Assembly: GCA_040285855.1 (NCBI GenBank) | Contig: JAUFOQ010000004.1 | Coordinates: forward strand, 1,302,001 to 1,366,000 | From: Eukaryota sp. GEM-RC1 | Lineage: Eukaryota | DNA length: 64,000 nt | Direction of reading: 5' to 3' | In this document: one piece after another, positions 53,331 through 64,000 of the stretch | How the letters are laid out: each line of letters begins with the position of its first letter | Numbering within the stretch: position 1 is the stretch's first letter | Translations under genes and position numbers: made by a program | The notes under the pieces: generated by a model | What the model was told of the DNA's origin: nothing | The model's input: only the letters and a program-made list of their open reading frames with translations | Databases searched by the model: none

Positions 53331-53984
53331 TGATTAGAGTTATTTGGTAATTGGGAATGTTTGAGAAACTCAATCATTGGTTTTTTAGGAGGTTTCAAAC
53401 TCTTTGTCGCATTTGATACTCCACTTGCTTTTGGTTTGGTGGTTTTGCTTTTGGCAACTGTTGTCTTTCTATTACCTGTTGCTGCTGTTGTTTCAGTGGT
53501 GTCAGATGACTCAATTGTTTCTGTTGTTTCTGTTGTATCTGTTGTATCAGGTTTCTCACAAGCAGCAACATTTATTTTTGGAGTTGGTAAATGTATTTCT
53601 GGAAGATCTGTTAACTCTGGACGACTAAAGTTTTGATAACTTTCTTGAAATAATTCTTCAGCTTCTTCCAGCGCTTGTTCAATCATTTTTAACTTCAAAA
53701 GACGTTTCTTTTCCGGTTAGATAAATTTCCAGGTAAACTTTTGAGAAAGTTTTGATAAGTGAGCTTTGACACCGTTTCCTTGTAACTACTATCATCTACC
53801 ATTGTTTCAGGAGTTAAACTTTCATATTCTGCTGTTAGAGTTGTACACTGCACAGGTTGCTTAACAGGTGATTCAATCTCATCAGAATAAAACTCATTTA
53901 ACATACCTTGGGCATGAGTACATACATATTGTCGGTATTCATCAGGGTGATCTTCATCAGGGTGAGTAGTAACGATTTGAGACG

Positions 53985-54620
53985 GTATTTGTTTTCTCAT
54001 TTCTAATGCATTATAAACAACACAATTAGAGACTTTAGACAGAATTTCGAAAAGATTTGTTGATGTTGATTCACACTCGACAATTTAATTCATATACAGT
54101 AGAATAAATAGACCACAGTCATTGAGAGTTTGGACTTGTTGAACTGGTACTCTAGCTATGTAGCTGAAATTTGCCATATCAAACAGGAATTGCTGTAATT
54201 GTGAAATGACGGTGTCAATACGTGATAAAGTGTTAGAAAACTGAGAATTTTGATCTTCTGTGCACATTGAGTCAATAGAGAAGTATTGTTTGTTTTCAAT
54301 ATCACAGATTAACAGTGACCAGTGAGTGGCTGTTGTACCAAAGAGACCGTCATGTATTGGAAGTCACAAGAAACGTTTCTTACACTTTTTAGTGTGTCCT
54401 TTACTGTACTTTTCCATTGATAATTGAACCTCTCTAAATTGTTCAAACATTCTGTTTTATTGTGAAAGATTGATTGCATCTTGAATGTTGGCTACTTCAA
54501 AGAACTCGCATCGATTACTGTTTTCAACAATGTACTGACCAAAAAAGTCAATGACAGAATCATGAAGTAGTACATTTGGTTTCAGTGAGTCAATTTGATC
54601 AGATCTAAGAATATGAGGTC
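53985..54620 (-). pseudogene. Ulp1/SENP (peptidase C48, clan CE) cysteine protease domain at the N-terminal part of the Fanzor polyprotein
   Basis: One frame reads LRSDQIDSLKPNVLLHDSVIDFFGQYI...LPIHDGLFGTTATHWSLLICDIENKQYFSIDSM...PVQQVQTLNDCGLFILLY...LEMRKQI, giving His-Asp-Cys triad motifs. In-frame stops at 54457, 54364 and 54085. Confidence 0.85.
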
Positions 54621-55504
54621 TAGGACGAGATTGTGTTAGAATTCCACGATATTGATGTTGAATAAATTGATATTTTTGAGAAAATTTCTTTTTTTTGGAG
54701 GATATTTTCTAGATTGACGAGTTTTTCTTGTCCGATTTGAGTCCATAAGTTGATTGCGAGTAGTCAATGGCACCTGTCGAGTTTCATCAGGAGATGAAAT
54801 TACTGTTGAATGTTCGTATATTTCAGAAGTACCAGCAGATCTATTTATTTGTTGTTGAGAAGGGGTTAAATGAACTACAGTACTGTGTTCTTGAACACGT
54901 GCTTGAATGTTGTTTGAAAAGTACTCATGTACAATACTTAAAGCAAGTATAGCAAAAGGCGTAGGATGAGTAGTTCCTATTAGATTTAGCACTTGTTTTC
55001 TCATGTCAAAAGCATCATAATCGACATAATTTTGGACTTGAGACATAATTTCCTGGAAATTGTCTGATGTTGATGCCAAATGAACAAATCGTTATCTTAA
55101 CTTATTCCAATTCGTTCAACCATAAATACTCAATGAACTTTTTTCTTCAATAATCAATCTAGATTTGAGACAACACATTTTAATTCACATTACACATTAT
55201 ATTATTGAGAGTTTGCCAACTTCCATCAATTTCATTTCATTTAGAAACGAAACGTAAGTTTAGAATGGCTGAATGGAAAAACCGTATAGTGTTTTCCATA
55301 TATCGGAATATGCCTTTCTATTTCTCCGATTAATTGAGAAATTGTACAAGTTTGGTGTGACGGTTGATGTTGAAAAACGTAATCCTTTACCGGGTGGTGA
55401 TGAAGTCGTTTGGATTTAATCTTAGTACTGTTTGTTTGTTTTTGCAATTTCATAGTTTTGTAGGAAGGTTACCTTATTGGGTACCGAATAAAGTATATTG
55501 TATT

Positions 55505-55856
55505 TCATTTACATTTACAAAACACAAATCTCAGATCCTCATCTAAAAAACGGGGTTTATGATCAGTCAGTGAAATAAATGCATTTGCAGAAGTTGATAA
55601 CTGACAGACACTAACTAAAGTATCTAAACTATGATCCTTCTGTCCATCACCGAACAACTTACCTAAAATTGAATTAAAATATCTGTGCATTGAACGACAC
55701 AACGCAAACGTTAACCTACGCAACCAAAAATTTTCATTGAAAACTTTACCGCACTCAGAACACTATTTACCAAAGGAAGTTAATAAACCTCGTGCAGCTG
55801 GTCCAATATTACATCGCAAACGGTTGAAGCACAAAAGAATTGTACCTATCAACATT
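55505..55856 (-). mobile_element. Short remnant of an RLE retroelement C-terminus
   Basis: IGPAARGLLTSFGK*CSECGKVFNENFWLRRLTFALCRSM resembles the G.LG..A...L....FW..R.S.AL tail of RLE domains. Confidence 0.4.
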
Positions 55857-55899
55857 CAATTGGTTAATTAAGTGACAGTACTTTGTATTTTTTCCTTTT

Positions 55900-56880
55900 T
55901 CAGCCACTTCAAGAGCAGAAAAATCATCATCAAATTTTTTTGGAAATTGATCCTCATCTTGGTGGTATTGGTTGTACTTCATCTAAATGGTATGGTGGTA
56001 AGAATTTTGTCTTTGAGTTCTATAGACGATACCCGAGTGAAAACACTCTTCTTGTTTCTACAAGTAGCTTTTTCTTGGAAAATTTGAGATTGTAAAATTC
56101 GACTTGGCCTGGCCAAAGAAAACAATCTAGCGTTCTCAATTTGTTTAATCGATTTGAAGGAGAAGTTCCTCAGTTGATTTGATTAACCAAATTCCACAGA
56201 TTTATGGTTTGTTGTTGAATGATCATCGATGGAATACAATATTTAGATTTCGATGTTTCTTGTTACCTAAGGATCTTGAATGTCAATGTGGTAAATTAGT
56301 TATTTTTCCTCACATTTTGAGTTGTAACCGTTTCATTGCATATCGAACTTGCATTCATGATGTTGTCAGAGATCAAATTCATAAGTGCTACAAATTCGAA
56401 TCTTTTGTTGAGCCACTGTTGAGATAACCTGAGATCAATAATTTAAAAAATAGTGATTCTGATAGGACTTTTGGTAAAAAAGAGCTGATGTCAACGTTCC
56501 ATCACTCAATGATGAAATGACGGTTGCTGATGTGATTACTGTGGATGTTTGCAAACAAAAGTGTATCTAAAAATGTAAACAATGAAGTGTCTTCCCTTAA
56601 TTTTTCAGAACAATTTAAGAGAAACAAATACGAAGCTCCTTTGACTGCTCTCAAACATACTAGACGTGTTTAATACAAATTCTGTCATTTTGCAATTTCA
56701 ATTTATGGTCGACTTGGTATAGATGTTCTTTGTCTTCTCTATGATTTTGAGACAGTTGTCAAAAAAAGGATGAACAAGAAATTTGAGTTTGACTTTTGGT
56801 GGAATTGTACTGTATTTACAATAATTAAAACAATTCCTATTATGATTTTGAAAGTTCTATTAGATGTCAGTATTTTCAAT
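55900..56880 (+). mobile_element. Degenerate 3' part of an RLE-type (CRE/R2-like) non-LTR retrotransposon
   Basis: CQCG..PHILSC..RTCIHDVVRDQI (CCHC knuckle plus RHD-like motif), ESFVEPLL, RADV..VADVITVDVC, EQFKRNKYE, FAISIYGRLG, FDFWWN. Many stops and frameshifts; no RT core visible. Confidence 0.7.
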
Positions 56881-57176
56881 GAAAAAAAAGCTGATGTGAA
56901 GCGACGATTATGGTTTAAATTATATGGTTTTAAATAAATTACAATTTTATGTAAATAAGTCTTATGTGTGTTTGTGCTGGATTTAAAGTTATTTGTATGG
57001 GGACTTTAACGTTACGTAAACTCATAAATGAAATAATAATTTCAAGAATAAGTAAGATCAAACGAGAGAAAAACCATGACTAAATGCAGTCAAAATCTAC
57101 CAATATAAATTAAAAACAAATCGTAATATACAAGCAAAAAACTATAAAAAACACTGACAACAACACTCAGAAACGT

Positions 57177-60100
57177 TTACCTTCGGAAACTTTGACCACT
57201 TTTAGGCCTATTCAATTGCACAGGTGGCAGAGAAGAACTCGCACTGGATGGTTTTGACCTTGATTTTTGACCTGTTGGCTTAGTATTAAACGATAGTGGA
57301 TTAACAACTCCCACATTTGGATTTCGATTAAATACTTTGTTATAACCTTCCTCTCTATTAACTAACTCCATCTTAAAGAACTGCATTTCCTGAATAGCTT
57401 TACTCAAATCACGTTCTTTTTGAACCAGTTTTGATTGCAATTGATTAATCAGCTCCAAATCATCGGCACGTGATTCCCTATTAGTAATTTTGTCTTGTAG
57501 AATATCAATCTTCTCTAATAAAACATGTAACTGTTGATCATGTTTGGTTTGAGCTTCTCTCATTTGACTGTACATTTGATCAACTCTTCCTCGATTAGAC
57601 TCAACTAAAGCCGCAATCTCAATCTGATGACGCTTCTTGAGCTCTTCCATCTCAATCACATGAGTATCACCATCTTTTGCCAACTGCGATTTGAAATTCT
57701 CTTCTGTCGATTCCAAATCTCCTTTAATTCTGCCTAAATCCTCAGTCAAAACCAAAATTCTACTCTCCAGCTCTTCACCCCGTTTCTTATACTTTGTCAA
57801 CTTAGTCTCTAGAGCAGCATATCGTTCCTTATGTTGGTCAACAATGTTCCTGTATTCTTCTTTCTTCTTCTTTAGTAGAGCTTCACTTGCAGCTTGAAGT
57901 TCTTCCCGTTGTCTGGCAAGTTCGCCCTTCATAATATTCTTGGCTGAATCATCGACTTGTAAGAGCTCTTCTTCCATAGTCCTTTTCAATGATTGTATAT
58001 TTTGTTCATTGCTCGTTTCAATTGCCCTAATCTGATCATCATAATAATCACGTACACGTTGCACTTCCAATCGTTGAACTTCTTCCATCTCATCCATTTG
58101 CTCTTGCCAGTTCTTATTGATCCTTTTAACTTCATCCTCATGGAAAGTATTCATTTCTTCTAGTTTGTTCTTCATTCTTGACTCATGGTCCTTCATCAAT
58201 TGTTCACTTCCAGCTAGTAATTCACGTTCTCGATCACTAAATGCTACAGCCATTTCTTGTTTTTCTTCCTTGAGAGAGGTCAGAAGTTTTTGAAGTCGCG
58301 AGACTTCTTCTTGGAGTCGTTGGAGTTCTTGGGCGTGTTTTTCTTTTATTTGCTTGTTTAGAGATTGAACACGTTGCTCGGAGTCAAGAGAAGTCGTGCG
58401 AAGGTTGTGTTCCAAAAGAGAAATTTCACCTTGGTAATAATTTTTCAAATCTGTCAATTCTTTTTCTTTTGAGTTTTGGAGATCTTGAAGTTCTTGTTTG
58501 TGCTGTTTACTGAGTTGTTCCAGACTGCTTTGATATTCCGAAATTTTAGTATTAAATTCAATTATTTTAGCTTCCAATTCTAAAATAATTCCTTTTGAAG
58601 CAATCAGTTCATCTGAGCTCTTCTGCAGTTCAATTTTAGTCTGATTGAGCTCTTTTTCCAGCTCAGTTGACTTAGATCTGTGAAAAGCCAACTCTTTCTC
58701 AACAGAGTTTAAAGTAGATTCAAGTTTAGAAGTTAACTTATTAGATGAAGTTGCTTTTTCCTTCCACAAGTCACGTTCAGACAACGCACCATTTAAAAGT
58801 TTTTGGGAATTTTCAAATTCTAGAGTCAACGAGTCGAATTTAGATGTAATATTAGTAACTCTATTTTGAAGTTCAATGGTTTCCTTATCTGAAAGAGACA
58901 ACTTCTTCGATAGCTGAGTGATTTTGTCTTGTAATTCCTCCATAGATTCAGTAGAATTCTGACTTATTCTATCGTACTTTTGCTTCCAAAACACTCAACT
59001 CTTCCCGTAGACTGTTAATCTCCTGGTCTTTAATTTTGGAGCTATTAGTTCCAGAAATCAAATCAGCTTCCAACTCAGTATTCCTAGAGTTTAATTTGGA
59101 AAGTTTCTCCATTGATGACGTCAGCTGATTCTGAAGTTCCTTGTAAGATTTGGAAAGTGATGAGTAATCAGATTCTATTGATTTCACTTTTGATTGAAGG
59201 TCGGAAACTGTCTGACTTTCACTGGAGTTTTGTTGTAAAAGATCCTGATACTGAACGTTGAGGTCTTGAAACCTGTCTTGTTCTTGACGCAATTGAGCAT
59301 CAAAATCTTTTTGTTGATTTTCAGATCTAGATTGACTTTCTTTCAAAAGGTTTTCTAATTTTGACACTTTTTGGTCCCAATCAGTTTGATTGTTGGAAAG
59401 GGATGATTTGACTGAGGAAAGCTCATTAATCAAGTTTGCCTTGTCAGTTTCTGTTTGTTTTAGTTTTTGAGCCAGCGAATCACGCTCTTTTTCTAAATTT
59501 GAAATTGAATGTTTTAAATCCAATATAGCATTGGATTTTTCAATACTTATAGCACTTTTCTCAGCACTAACATCAATCAACTGCGACTTCAAAGTTTCCA
59601 CCTCATTTTTTAAATTTTCAATATTCTTCAAAAGTCCAGTCTCAATCTTGACCTTCTCATCCAAGTCTCTCCCCAAATTTTCCATTCTCTTTCTCATTTC
59701 AACCAACTCCTTTTCATTTCCCTCAGAAGCAGTAGCCAAGGAATCCTTGAGATCAAGGTATTTAATCATCAACTCATTGTACTTTTGATTATGACTCTCA
59801 ATGAACCTCTGCAATTCCTCTTCATAACGCTTCTTCTCCCTACTTTCAACTTCCTTAACTGACTGAGAGCTAGCCTGAGTAGTACTAGCAAGATCAAGCC
59901 GTAGCTTTTCAACTGACTTCTCTGCACTTTCCCTACGTTTCACTTCATCTTCATATTTTCTCTTCAATTCATCAGACTGAGTTTTAGATGAGGACAAAGT
60001 CTTGGACCATTCCCGTTTGAGAGTGACCAATTCCGATTGGAGATTAGAGATAGTTTCAGAAGCAGTGGAGATTGCTTGTTTATGAGAGAGTGAACAAGAA

Positions 60101-60429
60101 GACTTAAAGTCGGCAAACTCTGATAGAAATTGCTGACGTTCTTTTTGATGTTTTTCACGTTCAAGTTTAAGAAGTTCTTCGTAACGAGAGGTGTCATTAG
60201 ATTCCTCAATCATTTTCTTGAAAGCAGAGATACGTTGAGCAGCATCAGAGAGAACACTGGCCATTTCCTGTTCATAGCGTTTAGAAACCAGAGAAACTTC
60301 ATCATCTCGTTCAGCGTGTTGAGTATGTAGTTGATAGACTACTCGAGTAAGTTGAGCGATTTTCTTGTTCATTTTAAACTTAAGGTCTTGACTGATATCT
60401 GGTGGTTTTTGATCATGAACTTGTGTCAT
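57177..60429 (-). CDS. FAM184: FAM184A/B-like long coiled-coil protein (~1,080 aa, one frameshift near 58990)
   Basis: N-terminal KMNKKIAQLTRVVYQLHT and C-terminal RESRADDLELI...MELVNREEGYNKVFNRNPNVGVVNPL match the conserved FAM184 termini as I recall them; heptad-rich middle. Confidence 0.85.
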
Positions 60430-60574
60430 GATAGACAGGTGCTGGAGGAGGTATCAAGAGATAGCTTATAGAGGAGACAGATTCGAAGAGACAGAATTAG
60501 CAGCTCCATCATTGATCTTGAACCAAACTTCTTGTCTTCAGTTACTTACTTCGAGTAACTTTCGCTTTTGACTC

Positions 60575-63500
60575 ATGTTTCTCCATAGTACTATTAAATC
60601 ACCATCTTCTATATATTCTGTTGTAAATGGGTTTTTTTCAAGTGGTCAATCCCAGGACATTGTCGTTTCCAAAGGATCTACTTTGGATCTATACACTCTA
60701 TCTGACAACAAACTAACTCAGTCTTCTACTTTCAATACCTACTCTCTCGTTAGAGCAATGTGTTCTGTCAAACGATACTCTCAAGAGCTTCACTACATTG
60801 CAGTCACTTCAGACAGTGGTTTCCTCACACTTCTATCCATGGCCAATGGAGTTTTCCAACCAGTCGCCACTTCCTCCCTGGGTAGACCTGGTTTTAGAAG
60901 AAGCATCCCTGGAGAATTCCTCTGTTCTGACACTGAAGGAAGAGTCATCTTCTGCTCCTCAATCGATGGTACCAAGTCAGCACATCTTCTCACTCTCAAA
61001 GACGACCTCTCCTTTGCTACCTCTGTCTGGCTTCCCCAATCCACTACTTACTCCGTAGTCCTAGGAGCCGTCTGCCTTGACACTGGACCTCACAACCCCA
61101 TCTTCGTTACTCTGGAAGCAAGTCTAGAGAACGAAACCCCAGTCAAAACCCTTCACTACTACTCCTTCTTAATGGGGAACAACGCCTTCTCTCACTTGGA
61201 AGTCTCTTAAAGTCGACCCTTCCTCTTACTTTGTCATCTCTCTTCCTTTGATCTATGGTGAGGATCAGAATACTACTCATGGAGGTGTGGTGGTTTGTAC
61301 TACTAACAGAGACGTGTATGTGATTGATGATAGTTATAATGTTATTAGTGAACATTTGCCAACACGATCATCGTGGCCTTCTAATCAATCAAATCTGATT
61401 GTCTGTCACTCGCTACGACCCCTCAAAAATAGAGTTTTTGCTTTAATTCAAGATGAAGCCGGTGATATCTTTTCCCTTGACATTACTAGAAACTCTCTTA
61501 GTCTTGGTTACTTTGACTCTTGTTTCCCTTGTTCTTGTATGTCTCTGTTAATGGGAGGAGTTCTCTTTGGAGCAAGTATCACCGGTGACCATCATTTATT
61601 CAAGATCACGCGACCACCTTCCTCTGAGAATCCTTTAATCACTGAGCCGTTCTTTACCCCTCAATCAATGAGAATGGAGCTCATCGACAAGATCTCTTCT
61701 TCTTTCCCAGTCACTACTCTATGCCCACTCCAAGACTCCCGTTTTGCCTTTGTTTCATCCACTTCCCCTTTCCCTTCCATCTCCTTCCTCTCTCCAGGAT
61801 ACGGAACTCATCAATACGCATCATCTCCGCTTCCTCCCACTGCAACTCCCAATGGGATATGGGCTTTAAAGAGATCATCTTCTGATCGAGCTGATTCGTT
61901 GATTGTGATTTCCTTTAGTCATCCGGCTTCTACTTTGCCGTTAGCGGTAGGGAAGAAGGTCGTACCTATTAAGGATAGTGGGATGATTACCAATCAATCA
62001 ACTAAATTGATTGCTTTGTTGGGATCGGGGTTGATTCTGCAGGTGACTACTGAGAGAGTGATTGTTATGTCACTTGCCTCTTCTGATAGTCCATCACGTT
62101 TACTTTCCAGTTGGATTCCGACTGCCAAACGTGAGATTCGACAGGTGAGCTCAAGCGGTAACTACATTGTTCTCGCACTTTCCGGTGGTGAGCTCTTCTT
62201 TTGACCTTTGATGACGTCAGCAAGACTCTCGCAGAAAAAGGTTCTTCCTTTTTCGCCGTAGAAGTCTCTGCTATCTCAATGCCCTCAGATCCATTTCCCA
62301 AGTATTGCATCGTTGCTGACCTTGAACAACGTTTGTCCATCCTTTCTTTATCTCCCAGGGATCCTCTGTCTGTAACGTCTGTCATGGATCTATCATATCC
62401 GATTGCTGATATGACTGTCATACCAGGAAGTTTGATTGTTGCGGTTTCTGGAGGATTAGTGTTAGTTTTGAATGACGTGGATACAGTGAGTGGAAGATTT
62501 CTTCAGAAGTCTTCACCTCTGCCACGTAAGCTTGCTGGTGACGTGGCACCTAGAATAAGTCGTCTGAATTCTGATCAAGTTGCTGTTTTCTCACAGGATG
62601 GCTTTAGTTGGATGACTAAAAGTGATTCAAGTTGTGTATTCACTAGAGTTTTACTCCCGTCGTTACTTCTTTTGGCTCCCTTTTCTTTCCAACATGCATC
62701 AGGTAACGTCATTGAGTGCGTGATTGGTATCACGTCACCCAATCAAAACCAATCACCCCAATTGATCATCAATGAGATCAAAACTACTCAATCAGGTCAA
62801 GAATCAGTTTTAACAGCTGACTCATGGCAAACCATTGCAATCAATTCCAAGTACTCTCCACGTAAGCTAGTTCAACATTCCCTTGGTTGGCTTTTTGTCA
62901 GTTGAGTGTGATAAGGATGTTCTGTCTCTACAGGACAGAGAGTCTGTGGATGGGCCAAATAGTAGTATATTTTTTAAATTTGAACCTCGTGATGATTTGA
63001 TGGAGGAAGTGATTGAGCCGATGGAAGCTCCACCTGGGCAGGTTTCTGATGACCTTCCTAAAAGAGTGTCATCAGTTGACGCCTATAATTCACCGATGAG
63101 CTCGTCTCTATCACCTTGGAAATCAGGTCCAAACTATTGGGCAAGTTGCCTGTCAGTCTACCACCCCGGTCTCTTCTCCTCCCCTTCAAATCTCTCTTCA
63201 GCCAAGCCTTCTTGTGTTGATCGTTGGGAAATGCCCCAAGGTCAAGGTCTCTTTGCCATCACTGAAGTCACATTTAGTAATTCCAACAAGAGCTTTGTTG
63301 CCATTGGAGGAGCCATTAAGCTTCGTTCAAGACCAAAAAGAACTTGTGAAGGCGGTTTTGTTCACTTGTTTGAAATTCAGGATGATGGTAAGTTGGCTTT
63401 TGTTCATACAACTGAATTACCTGATAGTTGTCATTGTTTATGTGGGTTTAAAGGAATGTTGTTAGCTGGATCTGGTAATAGAGTTAGGTTGTTGGCATTA

Positions 63501-64000
63501 GGAAGACAACGATTATTGAAAAAATGTGAATTTAAAATATTACCGAGATTAGTCGTTGGTTTGTCTGCTGTTGATGACCGAGTTTTTGTGTCTACTGTGT
63601 GTAATTCTGTATTTTATCTCAAATATCGACCGGAAAGCAACATATTTCAATTATTCGCAGAAGATCCTCTGCCACGTCACATCACGTCATCATGTGCTTT
63701 AGACCAAGACTCTATTGCTTTTGGTGATAAATTCGGTACATTCTCAGCTGTTAGAATTTCTGCTGAGGTCACCTCTGACGTGGAAGACGATCCTCTAGCT
63801 TATAAAGGATTACGTGAAGATTCAATGCATCTATCTACAAGTCCAAATTTGACTGAAAGTTTATTTAATTTTTACATTGGATCGCCAGTAACTAGTTTAT
63901 TTTCTTTAGGAAACGTTCCAGGGTCAATTATGGCGTCAGAAGTTATAGTTTGTTCTTGTTTTGATGGGTCTATCCACGTCATCAGGCCTTTTCTATCACG
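60575..64000 (+). CDS. SF3B3: Splicing factor 3B subunit 3 (Rse1/SAP130), divergent; runs off the window; several frameshifts
   Basis: MFLHSTI...GFFS..QDIVVSKGSTLDL; TSDSG; GRPGFRRSIPGEFL..D..GR; YFD; near the end LGRQRLLKKCE, FAEDPLPRHIT, GDKFG. Confidence 0.88.

Noticed and set aside
50463..55046. Polinton/Maverick element (PolB plus cysteine protease)
   Set aside because: Only the exonuclease domain is present; no polymerase, integrase, ATPase, capsid genes or long TIRs were seen.
50331..55162. tcaataat(c)a(a)tctag at both sides of the Fanzor ORF as a possible target duplication
   Set aside because: Short, gapped and AT-rich; expected by chance without multi-copy support.
1..64000. Alternative genetic code (TAA/TAG=Gln or TGA=Trp) to explain in-frame stops
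   Set aside because: Long Gln-rich ORFs (FAM184-like) use CAA/CAG without interruption and end in TAA. In-frame stops are of mixed types, replace different amino acids and occur only in repeats and mobile elements.
57177..64000. Genome-wide programmed frameshifting or pseudogenisation of housekeeping genes
   Set aside because: The breaks I examined fall in homopolymer or dinucleotide runs with no common motif; long-read indel error is the simpler explanation.

Overview
AT-rich, gene-dense, apparently intron-poor eukaryotic (protist-like) DNA. Single-base indels in homopolymers break even conserved housekeeping genes, which points to an unpolished long-read assembly. 1-44.4 kb is an array of four paralogues (A, B, C, D) plus one orphan fragment of a giant ~3,000-4,400 aa modular surface protein: signal peptide, RCC1 repeats, optional LamG-like modules, beta-helix-like and IPT-like stalk, Cys-rich repeats and a multi-TM C-terminus. 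The copies are mosaics of one another. Between B and C lie a PIF1-helicase remnant and an internally deleted hAT transposon nested in a tiny TIR element. 44.4-57 kb holds RLE-type retroelement remnants, MITEs, a cystatin, a RING-H2 gene and the most unusual feature: a ~1,530-codon minus-strand reading frame (55046->50463, now disrupted) that joins a Ulp1/SENP-type cysteine protease, a family-B DNA polymerase 3'-5' exonuclease domain and a Fanzor1 (TnpB-derived RNA-guided nuclease). It is followed by three hairpins that are a candidate omegaRNA. The window ends with a divergent FAM184-like / SF3B3 gene pair. All family calls come from motif recognition by eye; no searches were run.
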